Positions 29,824-40,577 of a DNA stretch of 64,000 nucleotides are shown here, in pieces. Numbering within the stretch: position 1 is the stretch's first letter; each line of letters begins with the position of its first letter. The notes under the pieces are model-generated. The model was not told the origin of the DNA, did no database searches, and saw only the letters and a list, made by a program, of their open reading frames with translations. Location of the stretch: positions 26,502-90,501 of the forward strand of contig CAIKRV010000063.1 in the NCBI GenBank assembly GCA_903829945.1, read 5' to 3'. The stretch is from an uncultured bacterium. GTDB taxonomy: Bacteria; Bacteroidota; Bacteroidia; CAILMK01. The translations under genes and the position numbers were made by a program.

Positions 29824-30996
29824 CTATTGGTAAATAAATTCCCCTTGTGCTGTTTTCAGGGTCACTTGTTTTCCATGAGCCATAGGCTCACAGTAGCCTA
29901 TAATTTTTGCGTCAATATTAAAAGATTTTGATAGGGAAACCAAGGCAGCAGCAGTTGCCGCATCCGTATATACTTCAAGGCGCTGTCCCATATTAAATAC
30001 TTGGTACATTTCGGCCCAATCGGCATTTTTTTGTGCCTGGATTAATTTAAATACAGGAGGTACTTCCAAAAGATCATTCTTTACAATATGCATATCAGAA
30101 ACAAAGTGCAATACCTTGCTTTGTCCACCGCCGGTACAATGAATCATACCGTGAATATTGTCTCTATGTTGTTGAAGAATTTGATTGATTAATGGTAAAA
30201 AAGTTCGCGTAGGAGAAAGCAATAATTTACCTACATTCGGCAAATCGGCAAAAGGCTCATCCGTAAGATTTAATTTACCGGTAAAAACATATTCTTTATC
30301 CATTTGCGGATCAAAACATTCAGGGTATTTTTGGGCGTAAGCATGGGATAAAGCCTCATGGCGGGCATAAGTCAATCCGTTGCTACCGATGCCGCTATTG
30401 TATTCGGTTTCCCAAGTAGCCTGTCCGTAGGAAGCAAATCCCACCACTGCATCGCCGGGCTGTATATCGATATTTAGTACCTCAGCTTTTTTGAGGCGTG
30501 CAAAGGCTGTAAAACCCACATCTACCGTGCGGACAATATCACCTACATCAGCGGTTTCGCCACCGCTCAGGTAGAGACTTAAGCCCTGTTCCTTCATTTG
30601 TTCAATAAAGGAAACCGTACCGCCAATTAAGGCTTTTAACACTTCCCCGTCCACAAGGTTTTTATTTCTACCAATGGTAGAAGATAATAAAATATGATTG
30701 ACGGCTCCTGCACAAGCCATATCATCCAGATTCATCACAATGGCATCCTGAATAATTCCTTTCCAAACGCTTAAATCACCGGTTTCGCGCCAGTACATGT
30801 AGGCTAAAGACGTCTTGGTCCCGGCAGTATCCGCATGCATAATATTGCAATAGTCAGGATCATTGCCGCTGATATCCGGAAGTATTTTACAAAATGCATT
30901 AGGGAATAAGCCTTTATCCAAGCCCTTAATAGCAGCATGGACTTCCGTTTTTTTGGCAGAAACGCCTCTTTTTTCGTAACTCATATAGTTATGCAA
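29824..30996 (-). CDS. purM: AIR synthase-related protein (PurM-like phosphoribosylformylglycinamidine cyclo-ligase)
   Basis: HADTAGTKTSLAYM and MNLDDMACAGA align with the PurM SGTDGVGTK and N-domain motifs. The 390-aa length is typical of the long Bacteroidota form. Confidence 0.7.
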   Translation of the reverse strand: MHNYMSYEKRGVSAKKTEVHAAIKGLDKGLFPNAFCKILPDISGNDPDYCNIMHADTAGTKTSLAYMYWRETGDLSVWKGIIQDAIVMNLDDMACAGAVNHILLSSTIGRNKNLVDGEVLKALIGGTVSFIEQMKEQGLSLYLSGGETADVGDIVRTVDVGFTAFARLKKAEVLNIDIQPGDAVVGFASYGQATWETEYNSGIGSNGLTYARHEALSHAYAQKYPECFDPQMDKEYVFTGKLNLTDEPFADLPNVGKLLLSPTRTFLPLINQILQQHRDNIHGMIHCTGGGQSKVLHFVSDMHIVKNDLLEVPPVFKLIQAQKNADWAEMYQVFNMGQRLEVYTDAATAAALVSLSKSFNIDAKIIGYCEPMAHGKQVTLKTAQGEFIYQ

Positions 30997-31060
30997 AAAT
31001 AGGCAAAAAATAATAATAGCCCTGAAACCGGAGCCTCAGACTGAATAATAATTGAGAATC

Positions 31061-32392
31061 CTAATAACTATAAAATTGGAAAGTGCTTTTTTGACCATTC
31101 GGACTGATGCCTTCAATAATTATTCTGCCATTGGCACGCTCCATGGCAGCCACCAAATCCGATGCACTGGCATAAACGACATTATTGAACTTGGCAATTA
31201 TAAAATTTTCAGGAAGGTTCATACTGCGAATGCGACCATTGGTAATATTAAATACCCTAATGCCCCCATTGAGGTTGTATTTTCCCTTCTCTAAACGGGA
31301 AATTTCTTCAAATTCAGCACCCAAACTGGTAGATTTAACGCTGGTTTTTTGTTCTATTCCGGTGGTGCCTTGTTTATTGGTCAATACCAATTGGGTAATA
31401 TTAGATTTTCCTCCGTGAATATATTCAATTTGAATTTTATCCCCCGGACGATGATACGCCAGTTGTTCATCAAAAATGGAACGGGAATCAACTTGTCTTT
31501 GATCAACTTTGGTAATAAAATCTCCACTTTGCAAACCTGCATTTTCAGCATTACCTCCGGCAAAGATTTTTTTCAGATAAACCCCGCTAATATTATCAGC
31601 GGCCATTTTATTGGCTAAGGTTTCATCAATATCTACTACTTCTGCCTCCATAAAGGCCCTTTGTACAAATCCGAATTCTTTCAAATCGCTAATTACTTTT
31701 TTGACAATATTGGCAGGAATGGCAAAGCCGTAACCGGAATAAGAGCCGGTTTCGGATTGAATGGCCGTATTGATGCCTACCAATTCGCCATCAAGGTTTA
31801 CCAATGCACCACCACTATTACCGGGATTGATGGCAGCATCTGTTTGTATAAATGATTCTATCGGAAATTGATTTTTTACAATGTTAATATTTCTACCCTT
31901 GGCACTGATAATACCTGCTGTAACGGTGGAAGTTAAATTAAAAGGATTGCCTACCGCCAATACCCAGGAGCCAATGGCAGCTTCATCGGAATTAGCAAAA
32001 GTAATGGCAGGTAAATTTTTGGCTTCAATTTTTAATAAAGCAAGATCACAGGAAGGATCTGTGCCTACTATGGTAGCAGGGAAAGAACGTTTGCTATTGT
32101 TTAAAATTACTTCCAGATTTTTAACGTTATTAACCACATGGTTATTGGTAACAATATATCCATCATGGCTAATAATAACGCCGGAACCGGAAGTACCCAC
32201 TTGCCCGATGCTTCCAAAAGGATCCCAAAAGCTGGGCATGCGCTGCACCATGGAAGTCCCCTTAATATATACTACGGCAGGACGTGAAATTTCCGAGGCT
32301 TTAACAAAATCAAAGCCCGGACGATTTTGTCCTTGCACCGTAAAAAAACATAAAATAACTAAAAATGTAAGGCTTAAAAATTTTCTTAACAT
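31061..32392 (-). CDS. htrA: Periplasmic HtrA/DegP-family serine endopeptidase with PDZ domains
   Basis: Signal peptide present. Catalytic triad motifs are VTNNHVV (His), D...LALL (Asp) and GNSGGALVN (Ser). Two C-terminal PDZ-like segments. Confidence 0.85.
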   Translation of the reverse strand: MLRKFLSLTFLVILCFFTVQGQNRPGFDFVKASEISRPAVVYIKGTSMVQRMPSFWDPFGSIGQVGTSGSGVIISHDGYIVTNNHVVNNVKNLEVILNNSKRSFPATIVGTDPSCDLALLKIEAKNLPAITFANSDEAAIGSWVLAVGNPFNLTSTVTAGIISAKGRNINIVKNQFPIESFIQTDAAINPGNSGGALVNLDGELVGINTAIQSETGSYSGYGFAIPANIVKKVISDLKEFGFVQRAFMEAEVVDIDETLANKMAADNISGVYLKKIFAGGNAENAGLQSGDFITKVDQRQVDSRSIFDEQLAYHRPGDKIQIEYIHGGKSNITQLVLTNKQGTTGIEQKTSVKSTSLGAEFEEISRLEKGKYNLNGGIRVFNITNGRIRSMNLPENFIIAKFNNVVYASASDLVAAMERANGRIIIEGISPNGQKSTFQFYSY

Positions 32393-32420
32393 TTGAAATA
32401 AATTTAAAATGTTTAAAATT

Positions 32421-33524
32421 CTAATCTTTATGCTGAATTACGTTGGCTGATATATGAATATCCATTTCCGGATTCATAGGGTCATTAGAAAAAACAGTAA
32501 TGTCTTTGGTTTCACGACCATGCTTACCTGCAGAGTAAAAAGTAACTTCAATTTCACTGCTTTCACCAGGTTTCAGGTCTGTTTTTTTAGGATCAGTAAC
32601 TGTACATCCGCAGGTAGATTTAACTTGATAAATCTTTAAATCCTTTTTACCCTTATTATAAAATTTAAAAGTCGTTTTTACAATTTCGCCTTCCTTCACC
32701 ACACCAAAATCATAAACACGCGTATCAAACTCCAAACGAGTAGCTTTGGCACGCTCTATATCAGTCATAGGAGGCATATATTGGTGCAAATCGCACATTA
32801 CACTGATGGTCTTCTCCGGTTCGGCTTCATCATCCGTATTTAATTTCATCATGCCAAGATTAAGACCTAAATCAGTTAATACAGTTGCATCCAAATGAAA
32901 AGGAATACGCACCTGTTTTTTTACCGGAATGGTTATAGGCAATGGCGCCTTCAAATAACTAACATTGCTCAGGCTTTTAATAATAATCGGTTTGGTTCCG
33001 GTATTATACACGATCAGGTCCTGAACAGTATCTTTTTGGTTATTAATAACGGAACCAAAATTCAAACTGTTAATAACATAATGCAAATTACCGGAAACAC
33101 TAGGAAAACTGTCTTCAAAGGTTTCAGTACGAGGAATTACTTCACCTTTAAAGGTTAGCATAATAATATTAGGAGTGGTATTGGCATATACCGTAATGTA
33201 TTTATTAAACAATCCCGGACGATTAGCAGGATCAAAAGTAGCACTGATAAAACCTTGGCGACCGGGCTTAATTTCTTCTTTGCTCCAATCAGGGGTAGTA
33301 CAACCACAACTGGGAACCACCTTGTCAATTTTTAACGGCTTATCGCCGGTATTGGTAAATTTATAAGTATAGCTGACTTTACCGGCGTCCTCCTTAATTT
33401 CCCCAAAATTATGAGTCGTCACTTCAAATTTTATAGCAGGGCCGTCCTGTGCAAAAACTGTGAAGGACAACAACATACTAAAAACTAAAAAGTATATTTT
33501 TTTCATGGCAATATATTTAGGCAA
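32421..33524 (-). CDS. DUF1573 tandem-domain secreted protein
   Basis: Signal peptide plus two copies of the DUF1573 signature around P/KSxCGCT (VPSCGCTTPDW and KSTCGCTVTDP). Confidence 0.65.
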   Translation of the reverse strand: MPKYIAMKKIYFLVFSMLLSFTVFAQDGPAIKFEVTTHNFGEIKEDAGKVSYTYKFTNTGDKPLKIDKVVPSCGCTTPDWSKEEIKPGRQGFISATFDPANRPGLFNKYITVYANTTPNIIMLTFKGEVIPRTETFEDSFPSVSGNLHYVINSLNFGSVINNQKDTVQDLIVYNTGTKPIIIKSLSNVSYLKAPLPITIPVKKQVRIPFHLDATVLTDLGLNLGMMKLNTDDEAEPEKTISVMCDLHQYMPPMTDIERAKATRLEFDTRVYDFGVVKEGEIVKTTFKFYNKGKKDLKIYQVKSTCGCTVTDPKKTDLKPGESSEIEVTFYSAGKHGRETKDITVFSNDPMNPEMDIHISANVIQHKD

Positions 33525-33686
33525 ATATAGTGAATATTCTTAGCTCTATCCTTAACAAGTTTTGTGCCGAACCTGAGCGCGCAGTAAAATTGTATTATTC
33601 AGCGTTGAAATACATTTCTTTGGATGAATTTTTGTAAATTTGAACTTTACTGCGTACAAAACGTTAATACTTTTTTGAATAATCTT

Positions 33687-34238
33687 ATGAAAGTTTTCGC
33701 ACCTCTTTTACTGCTTGGAAGTTTTGCCCTCCTATTTAGTTGTACCTCCCAAAAAAGCGGGGAACTCAGTAAAGTCAGTAAAACCAATGGCACTTCAGCC
33801 TTGACAAGCAATTCGGATGAAAATGAAAAAAAATCAAATAATGCCGAATTGAAATGGTATAACTGGAATGAAGGATATGCCCTTTCTCAGAAATCAAAAA
33901 AAATCGTTTTAGTTGACCTCTATACCAGTTGGTGCGGATGGTGTAAACGAATGGATCACGATACCTATACCAATCCGGAAATTATAAAGTACATTAATGC
34001 GAATTTTATTCCCATTAAACTTAATCCTGAAGCAGAGGGCACTTATACGGTTGATAATTTAAGTGTAAGCGGTGCCCAATTGATGGGGATGCTAACCAAT
34101 AACCAAAACACCGGATATCCAACCATTATTTTTATTTATCCTACCAGAAATATAGAATTATATCCGGGGTATCAAGATGCGGCCGGATTTAAAACGACCT
34201 TAGCCAGTATTGTTGAAAAATCCAATACTAAAAAATAA
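33687..34238 (+). CDS. Thioredoxin-fold lipoprotein (WCGWC active site)
   Basis: Starts MKVFAPLLLLGSFALLFSC, a lipoprotein signal. The CxxC motif is YTSWCGWCKRMD. The ORF in the track begins at 33624, but I chose the ATG at 33687 because of the signal peptide. Confidence 0.6.
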   Translation: MKVFAPLLLLGSFALLFSCTSQKSGELSKVSKTNGTSALTSNSDENEKKSNNAELKWYNWNEGYALSQKSKKIVLVDLYTSWCGWCKRMDHDTYTNPEIIKYINANFIPIKLNPEAEGTYTVDNLSVSGAQLMGMLTNNQNTGYPTIIFIYPTRNIELYPGYQDAAGFKTTLASIVEKSNTKK

Positions 34239-34287
34239 GGTGCAAAATTTCGCATTTCTTTATTAATCAAGATTTAATTTCAGTGTA

Positions 34288-35688
34288 ATGAAAAAAGGCA
34301 GCATTCTTGAAAATGTACCTATTATTGATATTGGTGCCAAAGGTAAAAGTGTTGCCAAGGATGATCAATTTATTATTTTTACGGATGGGGCCATTCCCGG
34401 GGATATAGCCGATATAAAACTGCTAAGAAAAAAGAAAGGTTTCGGGGAAGGCATAGTAACTGAAATAAAAAAATATTCTAAAGATAGAGTTCAGGCATTA
34501 TGTCAGCATTTCGAATATTGCGGGGGTTGTAGCTGGCAGAACATGAATTATAATACGCAATTACAATTCAAGCAGAAAAGCGTGACAGATGCCATGCAAA
34601 GAATCGGGAAAATAGCCTTTGAAGATTCTTTACCGATTATTGGCTCCGCACGCACCGAATATTATCGCAATCGTTTGGATTTTGCATTTTCCGATCGACG
34701 TTGGAGAACGCCGGAAGAAATGGGAGATCCGGAAATGATTCATGAGCCGGGATTAGGATTCCATGTGCCTGGGAAATTTGACAAAGTATTGGATGTAAAA
34801 CGTTGTTATTTACAAATGGATCCTTCCAATAATATCCGATTGGCGATTCGAACATATGCGATTGAAAACAATCTGGATTTTTTTGATTTGCGCAAGCAAA
34901 GCGGTTTCTTAAGGTCCTTAGTGATTCGAACCACCATGGCCGGAGATTTGATGGTACTGATCAGTTTTTTCAGGAATGACAAAGAGGAAATTAATGCCTT
35001 AATGGACTTTGTAAAAAACAAGTTTCCGCAAATCAGTTCTTTGTATTATGTTATTAATCCAAAGGCCAATGATACGATGTACGATTTGGAACATTATTTA
35101 TATCATGGTCATCCGCATATAAAAGAAAAACTCAACAATATTTGGTACCAAAGCGGACCAAAATCATTTTTCCAAACCAATCCATTTCAAGCAGAGGTTT
35201 TGTTCCAAAAAACTAAGGAAATGGCCGGACTCAAAGGAAATGAAATTGCATACGATTTATATACCGGTGTGGGCAGTATTGCACTTTATATTGCCAATGC
35301 AGTTAAAAAAGTTATCGGCATAGAAACAGTAGAGGAAGCCATCGCTTTTGCGAAGTTAAATGCGCAAGAAAATAAAATCGATAACGCAGATTTTTTTGCC
35401 GGAGATGTTAAATATCTTTTTAATGATTTATTTATAGAGCAACACGGAAAACCGGATATTATTTTTACTGACCCTCCTCGGGTAGGTATGGATAAAGAAG
35501 TTGTGGCACAAATACTTCGTTTAGCTCCTGAGAAGGTAGTGTACGTAAGTTGTAATCCTGCTACCCAAGCCCGTGATTTGGATTGGATGCGAGAAAGGTA
35601 CAGACCTATTGCTATGCAAGCGGTAGATATGTTTCCGCATACCTATCATGTAGAAAATATTGCAGTGCTGGAAAAAATTCGTCCATAG
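34288..35688 (+). CDS. rlmD: 23S rRNA (uracil-C5)-methyltransferase RlmD/RumA family
   Basis: N-terminal TRAM domain, Fe-S cysteines (CQHFEYCGGCSWQ) and a C-terminal SAM-methyltransferase domain (DLYTGVGSIALYIA, FTDPPRVG). Confidence 0.85.
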   Translation: MKKGSILENVPIIDIGAKGKSVAKDDQFIIFTDGAIPGDIADIKLLRKKKGFGEGIVTEIKKYSKDRVQALCQHFEYCGGCSWQNMNYNTQLQFKQKSVTDAMQRIGKIAFEDSLPIIGSARTEYYRNRLDFAFSDRRWRTPEEMGDPEMIHEPGLGFHVPGKFDKVLDVKRCYLQMDPSNNIRLAIRTYAIENNLDFFDLRKQSGFLRSLVIRTTMAGDLMVLISFFRNDKEEINALMDFVKNKFPQISSLYYVINPKANDTMYDLEHYLYHGHPHIKEKLNNIWYQSGPKSFFQTNPFQAEVLFQKTKEMAGLKGNEIAYDLYTGVGSIALYIANAVKKVIGIETVEEAIAFAKLNAQENKIDNADFFAGDVKYLFNDLFIEQHGKPDIIFTDPPRVGMDKEVVAQILRLAPEKVVYVSCNPATQARDLDWMRERYRPIAMQAVDMFPHTYHVENIAVLEKIRP

Positions 35689-35754
35689 GCAGAAGCCCGG
35701 GAATAAAATATAAAATCCAATAAATAAAAATGCCACCCGTAGGTGGCATTTTTA

Positions 35755-36549
35755 TTATTTAATTCTAAATGTAATCGGGACGGTATAAGTTACGCGGACG
35801 GGTTTGCCATTTTGCATTCCCGGTGCAAAGGCAGGTAAGGTTTTAACCACCCTCATTGCTTCCGCATTCAGACCCAAGTCATTTTTAATGCCTTTTTTAA
35901 CACTCACATCACTAACGTGACCATCTTTTCCAATAACGAAAGCAACAATTACTTTGCCTTGAATATTATTATCCAAAGCTTGTTGCGGATATTGGATATG
36001 ATTAGAAATATAAGCTAATAAGGCATCATCCCCACCCGGGAAGGCAGGCATTTTTTCAATGCTCACCAAATCATACACGGTATTATCCTCAGCAGGAGCA
36101 ACGTCTTTGATAGGTTCAGCAATAATATCCTTGGTTCCTTCTTTAGTTTCGGAGCCGATATTAGCTTTTTCTTTTACTTCCTCAACGGTTGCAATTTTCT
36201 CTTCTTTGTGAACTACCTCCACAATTTTAGGAGGCACGAATTTAATTTGCTCCGGTTCAGGAAGTTTTACTTCAGGTGGAGGAGGTAATTCCTTATTGGT
36301 TGGAGGAGGTTCTGTAAGGGTACCGCTTACTGCCATACTTTCATCTAATTTCACTTCTTTAGAAGGATGAATTAAAGAAAGAATATAGGGAGTCACCGCA
36401 AAAATAATTGCAAAACCAACTGCAAAAAGGAAGCCCATCCATACGTATCTCAGGTACTTCATCCTGATATCATACGCACCATAGGATTTATTTCTGTTTT
36501 CAAAAATAATATCCTCGATTGTTCCGTTATATATACTCTCTTGAGCCAT
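35755..36549 (-). CDS. tonB: Energy transducer TonB
   Basis: N-terminal TM anchor, Pro-rich spacer (TEPPPTNKELPPPPEVKLPEPE) and C-terminal TonB domain. It is the last gene of the exbBDD-tonB cluster. Confidence 0.8.
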   Translation of the reverse strand: MAQESIYNGTIEDIIFENRNKSYGAYDIRMKYLRYVWMGFLFAVGFAIIFAVTPYILSLIHPSKEVKLDESMAVSGTLTEPPPTNKELPPPPEVKLPEPEQIKFVPPKIVEVVHKEEKIATVEEVKEKANIGSETKEGTKDIIAEPIKDVAPAEDNTVYDLVSIEKMPAFPGGDDALLAYISNHIQYPQQALDNNIQGKVIVAFVIGKDGHVSDVSVKKGIKNDLGLNAEAMRVVKTLPAFAPGMQNGKPVRVTYTVPITFRIK

Positions 36550-36560
36550 TTTATACTTTA

Positions 36561-37118
36561 TTATTTGTTTTGATAAACGGCATCTTCTTCTGATGGAGTA
36601 ATATCAACTACTGCATAGAATTTAATATGACCGATATTCATTTCATCAAATATATTTACAAGGTTTTTGTATTTGGATTTGCCGGTAGGCTTTATAATAC
36701 AAAACAATTCCCTGTCTTCTACTTTTAAACTGGCATCATTTCTGAGCCATGTTCTACGTTCCTGCAAAATCTTACGAAGTCCGTCCGGTGAATAATCAGT
36801 TCTTTCCAATTGTGGTGCTTCACCTTTTTTAGGGAGACCATAATAATAAAACAATTTATCACTCGGCCCAAGCAATAAAGTCATGGCTCTATCCTTGGCT
36901 AATTCGGTTTGATCTTTAGGTTTTACTTTATCATCTGGCATAACAATTTCCATGGTTTTAGGTTTATTCATGGAAGTTGCCAGCATGAAGAAGGTCAACA
37001 GCAGGAACGCAAGGTCCACCATAGGAGTCATATCGATATGTGTCGAATGTTTCTTCCCTTTAGGTTTTCCTCCGCCCTTTTTGTGGCCGCCGCCACTATC
37101 CTGACTTACTTCTGCCAT
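36561..37118 (-). CDS. exbD: ExbD/TolR biopolymer transport protein
   Basis: DMTPMVDLAFLLLTFFMLA is the ExbD TM signature. Confidence 0.85.
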   Translation of the reverse strand: MAEVSQDSGGGHKKGGGKPKGKKHSTHIDMTPMVDLAFLLLTFFMLATSMNKPKTMEIVMPDDKVKPKDQTELAKDRAMTLLLGPSDKLFYYYGLPKKGEAPQLERTDYSPDGLRKILQERRTWLRNDASLKVEDRELFCIIKPTGKSKYKNLVNIFDEMNIGHIKFYAVVDITPSEEDAVYQNK

Positions 37119-37139
37119 ATTATTTTATCTTGAATGCAC

Positions 37140-37745
37140 TTATTCATCGCGTTTCATATTAGTAACGAGATTAAACCTGTGCGCATTGTTATTTGTAAAA
37201 GTTTTAACGACTTTATGAAAAGCCTCATAATCCGATTCACGGTCGCCCTTTACCACCAGCTTATCTTCGATAAAATGTTGGCGAGCTGTATGTACCCAAG
37301 TAGATAATTCATTGCTTGGGTTGGTGGTAGTATCTGTAGGTATTCCGGGTTGTACGTATTTACTCCTTTGCTCCGGCTCTAATCCCAAAAACCATTTTAA
37401 TTTATCAAAAGGAACCCCGAAAGTTGAAATAACTGCAAATGCATTTTTTTCCTTGTCGGTTAGCTTTAATCCTTTAGCTTCATCAATGGCTGAGATTAAT
37501 TCAAGTCTGCGTTTTTTATTGTCTGTATTTAAAAATACTTGCCCTTTGGGAGAAACAGTTACAACAATAAAACTATCATCCGGTGCATCCAAATTTGAAA
37601 TGGAAGGTGGAGTATCTACAACAACAGGTTCATCAGCTTTAAACTTAGTAGTAAGCATAAAGAATGTAACCAGCAGGAATGCCAGGTCAACCATGGGCGT
37701 CATGTCCAAGCGCGGACTCTTACGCGGTAGTTTAATCTTAGGCAT
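37140..37745 (-). CDS. exbD: ExbD/TolR biopolymer transport protein (second paralog)
   Basis: LDMTPMVDLAFLLVTFFML. Confidence 0.85.
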   Translation of the reverse strand: MPKIKLPRKSPRLDMTPMVDLAFLLVTFFMLTTKFKADEPVVVDTPPSISNLDAPDDSFIVVTVSPKGQVFLNTDNKKRRLELISAIDEAKGLKLTDKEKNAFAVISTFGVPFDKLKWFLGLEPEQRSKYVQPGIPTDTTTNPSNELSTWVHTARQHFIEDKLVVKGDRESDYEAFHKVVKTFTNNNAHRFNLVTNMKRDE

Positions 37746-37755
37746 CCTTGTTTAA

Positions 37756-38574
37756 TTATTTATTTTGGTTGCTTGAAGCAAATGATTGTGAAATACTGAA
37801 GCTTGCTTCATCAATACGGTAAGTAATACCATCAATTGATGTTGTAAACGTATTATAAAGTACAATGGCAATAGCAGAAGTACCGATACCGAATGCAGTA
37901 TTGATCAAAGCTTCTGAGATACCAGTAGATAAAGCTACGGAATCCGGTGCACCGGCTGTGGCCATCGCTGCAAATGAACGAATCATACCAAATACTGTTC
38001 CTAATAGTCCCATCAAAGTTGCAATGGAGGCAATGGTGGAAAGAATAACTAAATTCTTTTCTAACATTGGCAATTCCAAGCTGGTAGATTCTTCCAATTC
38101 CTTTTGAATGGAGGCTAATTTTTCATCTTTGCTCATGCTGGAATCGTTGGCAACTTGTTTGTATTTGGTTAAACCGTTTCTTACTACATTACCAATAGAA
38201 CCTTTTTGAAGATCACATTCTGCGATGGCAGCATCTACTTTACCTTCGGCTAATAAATTCTTAATATTACGAAGGAAGTTATCACCATTTCCGGTGCCAC
38301 GAGATGCATTAATGGTTAAAAATCTTTCAATTGCGAAAGTTATTACCATTAAAAATAAGGTCATTAGTACAGGTACCAAAAAACCACCTTTGTAGATTGT
38401 TCCAAGGAAATCACCCGGTTTTGGATTTTTGGTCACATCATTATCCATAAAGTGGGAAGGACTTCCCATTACGAATTTGAAAATGATGTAAGAAACACCT
38501 AAGCCTAATACGATCACCACTAAGGTGAACATTGATTTCCAGCTGCTTGACGAATTTGTCTTGTTATTCTGCAT
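37756..38574 (-). CDS. exbB: MotA/TolQ/ExbB proton channel
   Basis: 272-aa protein with three TM helices. It carries the ExbB motifs LGLLGTVFGMI and ALINTAFGI. Confidence 0.85.
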   Translation of the reverse strand: MQNNKTNSSSSWKSMFTLVVIVLGLGVSYIIFKFVMGSPSHFMDNDVTKNPKPGDFLGTIYKGGFLVPVLMTLFLMVITFAIERFLTINASRGTGNGDNFLRNIKNLLAEGKVDAAIAECDLQKGSIGNVVRNGLTKYKQVANDSSMSKDEKLASIQKELEESTSLELPMLEKNLVILSTIASIATLMGLLGTVFGMIRSFAAMATAGAPDSVALSTGISEALINTAFGIGTSAIAIVLYNTFTTSIDGITYRIDEASFSISQSFASSNQNK

Positions 38575-38828
38575 TTTTCTAAGATTTAAATAATTTCTAG
38601 TCGTTATTAAAATTTGTTCGTTTTACCAGTTTGCAAAATTATACTTTATTTCATTTTATAAAGCCCTTTGCCATTAATTTTGTGCGGGTTCATGTTTTGT
38701 TAATTTATATTTGCTGCAATTATTGGAATTTTAACCTCCTTTTTAGCATTAATACCAATTCATGATTCAAAGTAAATAGCTCCGGACTTAAACTGAAAAG
38801 ATAATTTTTTTAGTTTATCGGATGAAGT

Positions 38829-40577
38829 ATGAAAATAGTTACACTCTTTAGAAAGAAATCAATAGATCATATCCTGCATGAGGCTGAAGCCGGGTTGCCT
38901 GAAGGTCATCATGAACTAAATAAAGTACTTACCGTTCGCGATTTAACTGCAATGGGTATTGCTGCTATTATCGGTGCCGGGATATTCAGCACCGTTGGTA
39001 AAGCCTGCTTTGACGGTGGACCTGCAGTTGTCTTCTTATTCATTATCACAGCAATAGCCTGTGGATTCTCTGCACTTTGTTATGCCGAATTTGCCTCCAG
39101 AATACCTGTTTCAGGAAGTGCTTATACTTATTCCTATGCTGCTTTCGGTGAAATTATAGCCTGGATTATTGGTTGGGACTTAATTATGGAATATGCCATC
39201 GGAAACATTACGGTGGCAATTTCTTGGTCCGGCAATTTAACCAGCTTTTTAAGCAATATTGGGCATGGGATGGGTTTGAATTTAAACTTGCCGGAATTTT
39301 TAAGTACCAGTTTTTTTACGGCCAAGAGTGCTCATGATTCTGTTTTACAGTCTATTGCAAACAATACTACTCCTAGTTCCGAGCAATTGGCTTTGCATCA
39401 TTTATGGGTAAGTGCTCCGCATTTGGGAGACCTACCAATCATTCTTAATTTACCGGCACTATTTATTACTATATTTATTACCTGGCTGGTTTTTATCGGA
39501 ATAAGGGAAAGTAGAACCTCTGGAAATCTAATGGTTGCCTTTAAATTAATTGTCATATTATTAGTCATTCTTATTGGCTTTTTTTATGTCAACCCCGAAA
39601 ATTGGGTTCCTTTTGCCCCAAATGGCTTTGGCGGGGTAATGAAAGGGGTTTCGGCAGTATTCTTTGCCTATATCGGGTTTGATGCCATTTCCACCACTTC
39701 CGAAGAATGCAAAAACCCACAGAAAGATTTACCCAGGGGAATGTTTTATTCCTTGATTATATGTACCGTATTATATGTATTGATTGCTTTGGTCCTGACA
39801 GGAATGGTAAATTATACCAAATTGGATGTCCAAGATTTTTTAGCTACTGCATTTAACCAACGGGGCCTTAATTGGTTAGGTGGTGCAATTGCACTGAGTG
39901 CCGTTATTGCTACCACTTCTGTATTACTGGTATTTCAATTAGGACAGCCTAGAATTTGGATGAGTATGAGCCGTGATGGTTTATTGCCCAAGAAATTTTC
40001 CAAGATTCATCATAAATACAGAACCCCTTCATTTTCTACCATTATTACCGGTTTATTAGTAGGTATCCCAAGTTTGGTATTGGATTCAGATTTCGTTACT
40101 GACCTCACCAGTATTGGAACCTTATTTGCTTTTATATTAGTATGTGGAGGAATTTTATTTATCCCTCGTCAAAAGAAAATGAAAGGCAGGTTTTCTCTTC
40201 CATATATAAATGGGAAATATATTATTCCCACTATGTTTTTGGGCTTGCTTGCCGCTATTTTTATTTTCAATCCTAATTTCTTTAGTCAATTCTTCAGCTT
40301 GCATGATATTAAACAACCTGATTTAAATGCATGGGAAGTGTTTAGAGAACGGCTCCCCTATTTTATTTTTTCAATACTACTAATAGTCATAACAATTGCA
40401 AGCTTTTTAAAAAGCTATTCCTTAATACCGGTATTAGGCCTTATATCCTGTTTTTATCTGATGACCGAATTAGGGATTAGAAACTGGGAAAGGTTTATTA
40501 TATGGCTGATTATCGGTTTAGTCATTTATTTCTCTTATAGCTATAAAAAAAGTAAATTACACAAAATAAAAGCATGA
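38829..40577 (+). CDS. APC-superfamily amino acid permease
   Basis: 582-aa protein with ~12 TM helices. The N-terminal consensus GIAAIIGAGIFSTVG is typical of APC amino acid transporters. Confidence 0.8.
   Translation: MKIVTLFRKKSIDHILHEAEAGLPEGHHELNKVLTVRDLTAMGIAAIIGAGIFSTVGKACFDGGPAVVFLFIITAIACGFSALCYAEFASRIPVSGSAYTYSYAAFGEIIAWIIGWDLIMEYAIGNITVAISWSGNLTSFLSNIGHGMGLNLNLPEFLSTSFFTAKSAHDSVLQSIANNTTPSSEQLALHHLWVSAPHLGDLPIILNLPALFITIFITWLVFIGIRESRTSGNLMVAFKLIVILLVILIGFFYVNPENWVPFAPNGFGGVMKGVSAVFFAYIGFDAISTTSEECKNPQKDLPRGMFYSLIICTVLYVLIALVLTGMVNYTKLDVQDFLATAFNQRGLNWLGGAIALSAVIATTSVLLVFQLGQPRIWMSMSRDGLLPKKFSKIHHKYRTPSFSTIITGLLVGIPSLVLDSDFVTDLTSIGTLFAFILVCGGILFIPRQKKMKGRFSLPYINGKYIIPTMFLGLLAAIFIFNPNFFSQFFSLHDIKQPDLNAWEVFRERLPYFIFSILLIVITIASFLKSYSLIPVLGLISCFYLMTELGIRNWERFIIWLIIGLVIYFSYSYKKSKLHKIKA

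Noticed and set aside
36909-37133. 74-aa + ORF within the exbD gene
   Set aside because: It is antisense to the conserved ExbD.
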